A program made the translations under genes and the position numbers. Positions 56,487 to 64,000 of a stretch of DNA of 64,000 nt are shown here, one piece after another. The stretch lies in the NCBI GenBank assembly GCA_018821245.1, contig JAHJMO010000002.1:9231-73230 (forward strand), written 5' to 3'. This DNA is from Patescibacteria group bacterium (GTDB lineage Bacteria; Patescibacteriota; Microgenomatia; UBA10105; UBA927). The notes beneath the pieces are model-generated. The model was not told the DNA's origin. It searched no databases and was given only the letters and a program-made list of their open reading frames with translations. Every line of letters begins with the position of its first letter. Within the stretch, counting starts at the first letter, position 1.

Positions 56487-57122
56487 TTATTTGATTTCCT
56501 TACTAATCAACAGTAAACAGCCTTTCGGTCCGGGAACTAATCCTTCCACTACCATGGTGTGATTTGAGGCGTCTACGCGAACGATTTTTAATCCACGCAC
56601 AGTCACACGATCTCCTCCCATGCGTCCGGCCATACGCTTACCGCGATATACCCTTCCCGGTGTAGTTGTTTGCCCGATAGACCCCGGCGCACGTTCACGA
56701 TCGGACTGTCCATGCGTTCTCGGCCCGCCGGCAAATCCATGACGCTTAACAACCCCGGCGAATCCTTTGCCCTTGGAAGTACCTACGACGCGCACAGAGT
56801 CCCCGGCAGAAAAAATATCTTCCGCTTGCACAATACTGCCCACCTTGCACGCTTCGTCCTTTGCATCCTGCCCGTATACCCTGACAGTACGCAAAAAGCG
56901 GGGCTTTGTTTCCAACCCCGCTTTTTTATATTGACCAGTGTCCGGCTTATTCATGTGCTTGACGGTACCGAATGCAAGCCGAAGGCTCTGATAATTCTCT
57001 CTATTGCTTACGTCAGTAATCAAGCAAGGACCAGCCTGAATATAGGTCACCGGGATTCTGCGACCATCACTCGTAAACTCTTGAGATTGTTTTATTTTAG
57101 TTCCTACTATCGTATTGATCAT
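56487..57122 (-). CDS. rplC: 50S ribosomal protein L3
   Basis: MINTIVGTKIKQSQEFTSDGRRIPVT...GKGFAGVVKRHGF.GGP.THGQS. Start at the internal ATG; the upstream ORF extension is non-conserved. Confidence 0.88.
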   Translation of the reverse strand: MINTIVGTKIKQSQEFTSDGRRIPVTYIQAGPCLITDVSNRENYQSLRLAFGTVKHMNKPDTGQYKKAGLETKPRFLRTVRVYGQDAKDEACKVGSIVQAEDIFSAGDSVRVVGTSKGKGFAGVVKRHGFAGGPRTHGQSDRERAPGSIGQTTTPGRVYRGKRMAGRMGGDRVTVRGLKIVRVDASNHTMVVEGLVPGPKGCLLLISKEIK

Positions 57123-57274
57123 ATGGTTAAAAACAAAAAGCGACCTCGGTTGAGGTCGTTTGCAACTCATCCGAGACTTTTGGTTTACTACATTGTAATC
57201 ATGATATGAGCTCTCGATTGCTCCATACCTACCATAAGTATACCAAAGTATCCCCCTAAATTCAAAAATGTCCA

Positions 57275-57312
57275 ATCTTATCGTCTTATAGTCTTATGGT
57301 CTTATAGTCTCT
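57275..57312. repeat. (TCTTAT-NN)x4 tandem repeat in the rpsJ-rplC spacer
   Basis: tcttatcgtcttatagtcttatggtcttatagtctctt; period 8; lies in an unusually long (~195 bp) spacer inside the S10 operon. Confidence 0.7.
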
Positions 57313-57317
57313 TCGCC

Positions 57318-57626
57318 TCACATCTTCAGTTCTATATCAACGCCTGCCGGTAAATCCAAATGCATAAGTTGATCGATAGTTTTGTCTGTCGGTTCAATGA
57401 TGTCAACTAATCGCTTATGTGTCTTGATCATAAAATCTTCCCTGCTGTTTCGGTCAATAAAAGTGCTTCGTGCGACGTTAAAATGTTCTTTTCCCGTAGG
57501 AAGCGGCACCGGCCCTACGACTCGCGCACCGGTGCGTACTGCAGTATCCAATATTTTTTGACAGCAATCATCGATGATTCTACTGTCGTAAGCTTTTAAA
57601 CGTACACGTATTCGTCCTTTTGGCAT
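57318..57626 (-). CDS. rpsJ: 30S ribosomal protein S10
   Basis: ...IRVRLKAYD...LD......GPVPLPT; 102 aa. Confidence 0.92.
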   Translation of the reverse strand: MPKGRIRVRLKAYDSRIIDDCCQKILDTAVRTGARVVGPVPLPTGKEHFNVARSTFIDRNSREDFMIKTHKRLVDIIEPTDKTIDQLMHLDLPAGVDIELKM

Positions 57627-57670
57627 GCATTTTTACGATATCACTCTAGAGAGCCTTACTGTCAGGTCAC

Positions 57671-58858
57671 TTAAGCGATAATCTTGATAATAACTCCTGC
57701 TCCTACCGTGTGTCCACCTTCCCGAACAGCGAACCTCAAGCCCTCCTCAAGGGCTACCGGCACAATAAGCTTCACGGTCATCTTGGTGCTGTCTCCCGGC
57801 ATAACCATCTCAACACCGGCAGGGAGCGCTACTTCGCCGGTTACGTCTGTCGTCCCGATATAAAACTGCGGGCGGTATCCGGTGAAGAATGGTGTATGGC
57901 GACCACCTTCTTCTTTGGCCAATATATACACCTCTGCTTCAAACTCTGTATGAGGTTTGACGCTTCCCGTGGCTGCCAAAACCTGACCGCGTTCCACTTG
58001 ATTCTTTTCTATTCCTCGCAGAAGTACCCCGATATTATCCCCCGCCAAGCCTTCATCAAGAATTTTGCGGAACATCTCAACGCCGGTGACCACCGTCGAC
58101 TGTGTGGGTTTAATACCGACAATCTCAATCGTTTCATTGACCTTTACCTTACCGCGCGATACACGGCCGGTGACTACCGTTCCACGCCCCTTGATAGAAA
58201 AGACATCTTCTATGGGCATAAGGAATGGCTTATCCAAATCTCTTTTTGGTTCGGGTATATAGTCATCCACTGCTTTCATAAGCTCGTTAATGCTCTTTTC
58301 TGCTTCTGCTTCTCCCTGTAGCGCTTTTAAGGCTGAACCGCGTATGACCGGCACCTTATCTCCCGGAAAATTGTATTTGGTCAGAAGTTCACGCACTTCC
58401 ATTTCTACCAAATCCAGAAGCTCCTTATCCTGCACCATGTCAACTTTGTTCATAAAGACGACAATTGCCGGAACGTTGACCTGTTTGGCAAGAAGGATGT
58501 GCTCGCGGGTTTGCGGCATCGGTCCGTCCGGAGCCGATACGACAAGAATGGCCCCGTCCATCTGCGCAGCACCCGTAATCATGTTCTTGATGTAATCTGC
58601 GTGACCCGGAGCGTCTATGTGAGCATAATGCCTTTTCGCTGTTTCGTACTCCGAGTGGTGGATGTTGATGGTAACGCCCCTCGCTTTTTCCTCCGGCGCA
58701 TTATCTATCTCCTCATATTTCAAAGCTTTTGCCATGCCGGCTTTCGCAAGAACATGAGTAATTGCTGATGTAAGAGTGGTTTTGCCATGATCGACATGAC
58801 CGATGGTACCGATGTTTAAATGCGGTTTAGTCCGCGCAAACTTTTGCTGATCAGCCAT
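57671..58858 (-). CDS. tuf: elongation factor Tu
   Basis: [22 protein letters not shown]; 395 aa. Confidence 0.95.
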   Translation of the reverse strand: MADQQKFARTKPHLNIGTIGHVDHGKTTLTSAITHVLAKAGMAKALKYEEIDNAPEEKARGVTINIHHSEYETAKRHYAHIDAPGHADYIKNMITGAAQMDGAILVVSAPDGPMPQTREHILLAKQVNVPAIVVFMNKVDMVQDKELLDLVEMEVRELLTKYNFPGDKVPVIRGSALKALQGEAEAEKSINELMKAVDDYIPEPKRDLDKPFLMPIEDVFSIKGRGTVVTGRVSRGKVKVNETIEIVGIKPTQSTVVTGVEMFRKILDEGLAGDNIGVLLRGIEKNQVERGQVLAATGSVKPHTEFEAEVYILAKEEGGRHTPFFTGYRPQFYIGTTDVTGEVALPAGVEMVMPGDSTKMTVKLIVPVALEEGLRFAVREGGHTVGAGVIIKIIA

Positions 58859-58931
58859 AAGCCCTCCTTAATTAACAAACAATAACAATACCCTCAACGT
58901 TTTCTCGTTGCTTGAAGCATTCTACCATACG

Positions 58932-61037
58932 CTATGAGGTTTTTGCAATGATCTTTTCCTGAATGTTCTTCGGCACTTCCTCGTAATGGCTGGGTTCCAT
59001 ATAATACGTAGCCCTTCCTTTTGACATACTTCGGAGTGTCGTCGCATAACCGGCAAGCTCGGCAAGCGGAACAAAAGCGATAATAATTGTTACCATCCCA
59101 CGTTTTTGCGTTCCTTGGATCTGCGCGCGTTTGGCTCCAAGATCGCCTATAATATCTCCCATAAATTCATCGGGGGTCGTCACTTCTACCTTCATGATAG
59201 GCTCCAAAAGCGTAGGCTGAGATTGTTTCACAGCATGCTGAAGAGCCATGCTTCCGGCAATCTTGAATGCAATCTCCGAACTATCTACGTCATGGTACGA
59301 GCCGTCATAGAGAGTAACCGTCAGGTCCACCATGGGATAGCCTGCTAAAACACCATTTTCCGAAGCTTCCTTCACTCCTTTTGCGATAGCAGGAATGAAC
59401 TCTTTGGGTATTGCTCCGCCTTTTATCGCGTCCACAAATTCATACCCCTCACCACGGCCTTTAGGTTCAACCCGCAGGAAACAGTGTCCGTATTGGCCCC
59501 GACCTCCGGACTGGCGTATATATTTCCCTTCTCCTTCTGCCGATTGTCGAATGGTTTCTTTGTACGCAACTTGAGGAGCGCCAACGTTGGCCCCGACTTT
59601 AAACTCACGTTTCATCCGATCTACTATAATCTCCAGATGAAGCTCTCCCATACCCCAAATTATGGTTTGATTGGTTTCTAAATTGCTTTTGATTTTGAAT
59701 GTCGGGTCTTCCTCGGAAAGCCTTTGGAGTGCATACCCCATCTTTTCCTGATCGTTTTTGGTCTTGGGCTCTATAGCCAGAGATATGACCGGATCCGGAA
59801 ACGTAATTTTTTCCAGAACGATCGGCTTGTCATGGTCGCATAGAGTATCACCGGTTGGGGTATCTTTGAGACCTACAACTGCTACAATCTCCCCTGCGTA
59901 CGCTTCTTTAATTTCTTCTCTTTGGTTAGCATGCATAAGAAGGAGTCTCCCGACACGCTCCTGAATCCCTTTCGTCGGATTGAACGTATAAGAACCCGAA
60001 GCGAGCTTCCCCGAATATAAACGTACGTATGTCAGCTTCCCTACATGAGGATCGATTTGAATCTTAAACGCCAAACCGGAAAATGCTTCATTGTTGACAC
60101 GCCTGCGTGTTTCTTTCGTCCCTGTCTTTGGATTTATACCTTCAACAGGCTTTAAGTCCAGAGGAGACGGAAGATAGTCAACTACGGCATCCAATAAAAG
60201 CTGTACCCCTTTGTTTCGTAAGCTTGATCCTGCATAGATCGGGACCAGCTGGTACGAAATGACTGCTTTCCGAAGCGCAATTTTGAGTTCTTCTATCGCG
60301 GGTTCCGTGCCGTTTAAGTATTTTCCCAAAAGAACGTCGTCTGTTTCCGAAATACGTTCAACAAGGAGGTGGCGTTGCTTTTCTACATCTTCTTTGAGAT
60401 TGTCGGGTGCAGTATCGGTGACATCAAACTTTGCCCCCATCTCATCACTGCCCCATATACACACTTTGCGCGTCAGAAGATCGATAACGCCTTTAAATTC
60501 ATGCTCCCTGCCGATAGGAACAACCATCGGCGCAGTATGCGCACCGAGACGCTCTTCTATAGATTTAATTGTCGCATAGAAATCGGCACCGATTTTATCC
60601 ATCTTATTGATAAAACACAGGCGGGGAACGTTGTACTTGTCCGCCTGATGCCACACGGTCTCCGACTGACTCTGCACGCCCTCCTCCGCATCAAGAACCG
60701 TAATGCCGCCGTCAAGGACCCGAAGAGACCGTTCTACTTCTGCTGTAAAATCCACATGACCGGGAGTGTCGATGATATTGAAGCGATATCCGTTCCAGAA
60801 TGTTGTTGTTGCCGCTGACACTATCGTGATGCCCCTCTCCTTCTCCTGCTCCATCCAATCCATTTGGGTAGTGCCCTCGTCGATGTTGCCGATTTTGTAC
60901 GTCCTTCCTGTATAGTAAAGGATGCGCTCGGTCGTTGTGGTTTTTCCGGCGTCGATATGGGCAATGATGCCGATGTTACGCACCTTTTCCAGGGGTACGT
61001 CACGGTCCAATGTCAATTTGGTTTGTGGTGATGCCAT
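58932..61037 (-). CDS. fusA: elongation factor G
   Basis: [25 protein letters not shown], domains III-V; 701 aa. Confidence 0.95.
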   Translation of the reverse strand: MASPQTKLTLDRDVPLEKVRNIGIIAHIDAGKTTTTERILYYTGRTYKIGNIDEGTTQMDWMEQEKERGITIVSAATTTFWNGYRFNIIDTPGHVDFTAEVERSLRVLDGGITVLDAEEGVQSQSETVWHQADKYNVPRLCFINKMDKIGADFYATIKSIEERLGAHTAPMVVPIGREHEFKGVIDLLTRKVCIWGSDEMGAKFDVTDTAPDNLKEDVEKQRHLLVERISETDDVLLGKYLNGTEPAIEELKIALRKAVISYQLVPIYAGSSLRNKGVQLLLDAVVDYLPSPLDLKPVEGINPKTGTKETRRRVNNEAFSGLAFKIQIDPHVGKLTYVRLYSGKLASGSYTFNPTKGIQERVGRLLLMHANQREEIKEAYAGEIVAVVGLKDTPTGDTLCDHDKPIVLEKITFPDPVISLAIEPKTKNDQEKMGYALQRLSEEDPTFKIKSNLETNQTIIWGMGELHLEIIVDRMKREFKVGANVGAPQVAYKETIRQSAEGEGKYIRQSGGRGQYGHCFLRVEPKGRGEGYEFVDAIKGGAIPKEFIPAIAKGVKEASENGVLAGYPMVDLTVTLYDGSYHDVDSSEIAFKIAGSMALQHAVKQSQPTLLEPIMKVEVTTPDEFMGDIIGDLGAKRAQIQGTQKRGMVTIIIAFVPLAELAGYATTLRSMSKGRATYYMEPSHYEEVPKNIQEKIIAKTS

Positions 61038-61341
61038 AAAATATTAAAAACTGTCCCACCAAGCCGGCGGAACAGCCATGCTTCTTTCCTCCTCATTGTA
61101 CTAAAAAGGCAACGCGTTGTCTAGAATTCGCCCTTCAGTGAGGTTGTACGCTGGAGAGTCAATCCAGTATTCTAAAATCATCCCCCTCTAAAGACACTTC
61201 GGTTGACTCAGTGTAAACAGGCAGGCAACAAACGGGCAAAGTAGTTATTTATGAAATCAAAATTACCAAAACCGTGCCTAAAAGAGAACCGTCCCCTCGT
61301 ATAGTAAATAAATGGACAGCAAGGGATAAGATAACCCGTTA

Positions 61342-61536
61342 TTATTTCAATGTTGCAGAAACTTTATTCGGGGCAATCATATTTGCAGTTATTTCTGCAG
61401 CGTTTCGGGGAACATTAGCATAATCTAATAAAGATTCTGCTTTTTGCCATAATTTATATTCATAATCAACCACTGCTAAATCTAAAGGGCAACCAAGCAG
61501 TACCGGAGTGGATGGATCAGGTGGTTTAAGAGACAT
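61342..61536 (-). CDS. small hypothetical ORF in low-GC insert (possibly a gene fragment)
   Basis: 64 aa, AT-rich, no recognisable family. Confidence 0.2.
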   Translation of the reverse strand: MSLKPPDPSTPVLLGCPLDLAVVDYEYKLWQKAESLLDYANVPRNAAEITANMIAPNKVSATLK

Positions 61537-61668
61537 CGTAGTAACGTCAACTGTTCCTAATTTATAGCAATTTACTTCTGATTGGCCTTCCGTTGGGTTC
61601 CCAAATCCGAATAATGTTCCGGCGTGAGGTGGTACTTGCGCAATAACAACAGGATAAGTAGCAAAATT

Positions 61669-61887
61669 TTAATTGATTAGTGCTAGTAGGCGTTGTTCAT
61701 AACCGTCAATTTTACCTTTAGGTTGATGTCCCCACTCATAAATATCCGGATTCGGCCTACCTTTAATATTACCAAAATATATAATGACGACTTGTTTATC
61801 TCCCGGAATTACTCTAATTTCACGGATAGAACCGTTAAAAGGTAAGGATTCCACAATCGATTTAGATGTTTTGTCTTCTGATGACAT
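61669..61887 (-). CDS. small hypothetical ORF in low-GC insert (possibly a gene fragment)
   Basis: 72 aa, AT-rich, no recognisable family. Confidence 0.2.
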   Translation of the reverse strand: MSSEDKTSKSIVESLPFNGSIREIRVIPGDKQVVIIYFGNIKGRPNPDIYEWGHQPKGKIDGYEQRLLALIN

Positions 61888-61899
61888 ATTTTATAAATA

Positions 61900-62190
61900 T
61901 CAATTTTTATTATAATAACAATAATTGATACGAAAGGCAACACAGCGCACAGCGCACAGGTCTTTTTTTATCACGTTCAAAAACAAAAAATATTTCTGTA
62001 TTTTTACTAAGCGGCCGCGTGTGTAATTTACAGATATAAAAATCTTTAGAATATGATATTCAGTTATGAGATTTCTCATTCCCGCTTCTAGAAGTTTCAT
62101 GCCGGTTGTCGTTGGAAGTAAATTAAAATCGCCACAGAGAATTTTTGCTTCATCTCTTTTAGACAGAAAATCTTTAAAATGAATCTCCAA
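61900..62190 (-). pseudogene. C-terminal fragment of an endonuclease/exonuclease/phosphatase (EEP) family gene
   Basis: ORF begins ...EAKILCGDFNLLP, the EEP catalytic GDFN motif that normally lies in the C-terminal third. No upstream N-terminal domain is present. Confidence 0.4.
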
Positions 62191-62270
62191 GGGCTGAAAG
62201 CCCTCGGATAGTCGTTTAAGACATTATATACATCTAGTTAAATATCCCTACACCCTCCGGGTGGAATTGA

Positions 62271-62888
62271 TTACACCAGACTTTTCCAAAGAATACGCGC
62301 GGCCCACGTGCGGTACGGGGACCACTTTATGCTCATGCGGGAGAGCTTTTGTGGGGAGGGTTCATGGCGCAAACCATAAAACTTTTTCACTGCTTTCCGA
62401 AGCCCTAGATCGCCGCAGGAAAATACATCCTCCCTGCCTAATGTAAACATGAGAAACATTTCCGCAGTCCAAGGGCCGATCCCTTTTATCTTTGTAAGCT
62501 CCTTGATGACTTCTTGGTCCGTTAATTGGGCTAATTGGTGTAATTGGATGGACTTGGTGACCACTTTTTGGGCAAGGTCTTTGATAAACCGTGTTTTTGA
62601 CCACGACATGCCGGTTCCACGAAGCGCTTCATCAGAAAGACGGAGAGTATCGTGAGGCGTGACTCTTTTAGGAAGGAATAATTGCCGGAATCGTGCAAAT
62701 ATTATGTCTGCCACTCTTCCTGAAAGCTGTTGGCCGATGATTTCTGTACATAAACCGACGAAATACCGATGGGGCAAGCGAGGTTTAATGTCTTCTACGA
62801 GTACGTTCTTTGCCAGGGAATACATGACGGGATCAGCAGATTGAAAATGGTCAACAGCTTCCTGCTTCATGGAAGATTGCATTACCAC
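62271..62888 (-). CDS. DNA-3-methyladenine glycosylase II (AlkA-like, HhH-GPD superfamily)
   Basis: LTKIKGIGPWTAEMFLMFTLGREDVFSCGDLGLRKA is the HhH-GPD motif with catalytic Asp. Lies immediately downstream of rpsG, inside the str operon. Confidence 0.75.
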   Translation of the reverse strand: MVMQSSMKQEAVDHFQSADPVMYSLAKNVLVEDIKPRLPHRYFVGLCTEIIGQQLSGRVADIIFARFRQLFLPKRVTPHDTLRLSDEALRGTGMSWSKTRFIKDLAQKVVTKSIQLHQLAQLTDQEVIKELTKIKGIGPWTAEMFLMFTLGREDVFSCGDLGLRKAVKKFYGLRHEPSPQKLSRMSIKWSPYRTWAARILWKSLV

Positions 62889-63355
62889 TTAAAGTGCGCA
62901 AACGCTCTGTTCGCTTCAGCCATGCGGTGCATGGTGTCTCGTTTTTTAATCGCTTCTCCCTGATTATGAGAAGCATCGATAAGCTCTGCAGCAAGCTTAT
63001 CTGAAAATGTTTTGTATTCTTTATTGGAGCGCTTTTTGGCAAAAGCGATAATCCACCGGAGCGCCAAGGCTAAGCGTCTGTCTCCCCGTACTTCCGAAGG
63101 GACCTGATACGAAGCTCCCCCAACGCGCCGGGCGTGAACTTCTGTCTTGGGGCCAACGTTAGCAACCGCGGTTTCAAATATTTTAACCGGATCTTCACCT
63201 TTCTCTTTGATAAGATCAAATGCACTGTAGACAATCTTTTCGGCTATAGCTTTTTTGCCGCTCTGCATTACCCGGTTAACAAATCTGGTAATAAGCCTAC
63301 TCCCATACAATGGATCCGTCGGTAATAATCTTTTTGTTGAACGTTTGCCTCTCAT
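62882..63355 (-). CDS. rpsG: 30S ribosomal protein S7
   Basis: MRGKRSTKRLLPTDPLYGS.LI..F.N..M..GKK..A; 157 aa. Confidence 0.92.
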   Translation of the reverse strand: MRGKRSTKRLLPTDPLYGSRLITRFVNRVMQSGKKAIAEKIVYSAFDLIKEKGEDPVKIFETAVANVGPKTEVHARRVGGASYQVPSEVRGDRRLALALRWIIAFAKKRSNKEYKTFSDKLAAELIDASHNQGEAIKKRDTMHRMAEANRAFAHFKW

Positions 63356-63369
63356 AGTCTCAATAAAAG

Positions 63370-63807
63370 CTAGCTGGCCGCTGCGACAGCGGGAGCTTGT
63401 GCACCTGCTTTCGTACCGTAGCGGCTTCGGCCCTTTTTCCTGTTTACAACACCGGAAGCATCGTATTTACCACGGACGATATGATACTTAACGCCGGGAA
63501 GATCCGGCACTCTCCCTCCGCGTACCAAAACAATGGCGTGCTCCGTGAGCTCATGACCGATACCGGGAATGTATGCGGTAATCTCCTGCCGGTTGGAAAG
63601 CCTGACGCGGGCAACTTTACGAAGTGCTGAATTGGGTTTTTTCGGGGTCATCGTTTTCACGAGTGTCACGACCCCGCGTTTAAACGGCGCATGGAGCTGT
63701 TTGGTAACATGATCCTTCGCGTTAAAAAATTTACGAAGCGCGGTCGCCTTGACCTTTTTACTTTTGCGCTTGCGTCCGTATTTGATGAGTTGATTGATCG
63801 TAGGCAT
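63370..63807 (-). CDS. rpsL: 30S ribosomal protein S12 (with ~20-aa C-terminal extension)
   Basis: [10 protein letters not shown].....K..ALR....PQKRGV...[19 protein letters not shown]. Confidence 0.92.
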   Translation of the reverse strand: MPTINQLIKYGRKRKSKKVKATALRKFFNAKDHVTKQLHAPFKRGVVTLVKTMTPKKPNSALRKVARVRLSNRQEITAYIPGIGHELTEHAIVLVRGGRVPDLPGVKYHIVRGKYDASGVVNRKKGRSRYGTKAGAQAPAVAAAS

Positions 63808-63824
63808 AACAAGTGTATTGCTTA

Positions 63825-64000
<176 letters not shown>

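Noticed and set aside
61342-61887. Interpreting the two small minus-strand ORFs as a toxin-antitoxin pair or a Uma2-family nuclease pseudogene
   Set aside because: Weak motif resemblance only (PDIYEW / PLDLAVVDYEY), with order inconsistent with Uma2. No confident family assignment is possible without a search, so they are left as hypothetical fragments.

Overview
The window is a gene-dense bacterial chromosome segment. By eye most of it is about 48-50% GC; nothing was computed. The region from 41.2 kb to 64 kb is a contiguous minus-strand ribosomal superoperon running rpoC(3' end)-rpsL-rpsG-[insertion]-fusA-tuf-rpsJ...rplO-secY-adk-map-infA-rpmJ-rpsM-rpsK-rpsD-rpoA-rplQ-rplM-rpsI. L30 (rpmD) is missing between rpsE and rplO. 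That absence, several r-proteins with tail extensions, a tRNA-Gln without encoded CCA alongside a cca gene, and compact overlapping genes suggest a small-genome CPR/Patescibacteria-like lineage. This is an inference. Upstream lie housekeeping genes: sufCBD, era, gltX, aspS, recJ, cca, secDF, miaAB, an ABC-2 transporter, hup, rny, recX-recA, RNase P RNA, tRNA-Pro and tRNA-Gln. The two stretches most worth a second look are low-GC insertions. The first (~7.2-13.4 kb, next to tRNA-Gln) is a cassette-like array of small accessory enzymes: methyltransferase, GNAT, CPBP protease, cupins and hydrolases. Each cassette is followed by the same ~25-nt GC-rich post-stop motif, plus a dispersed 38-bp element carrying a perfect inverted repeat CACACACC-G-GGTGTGTG, and a PaaX-like regulator flanked by twin hairpin repeats. 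The second is a ~1.8 kb low-GC insertion inside the str operon (fusA|rpsG) carrying an alkA-like glycosylase and gene fragments. Other oddities are tRNA-Pro 3'-half direct repeats, a duplicated miaB 5' end forming an overlapping uORF, TTAGTTA/TCTTAT repeat families at gene junctions, and a heptanucleotide tandem repeat inside map.
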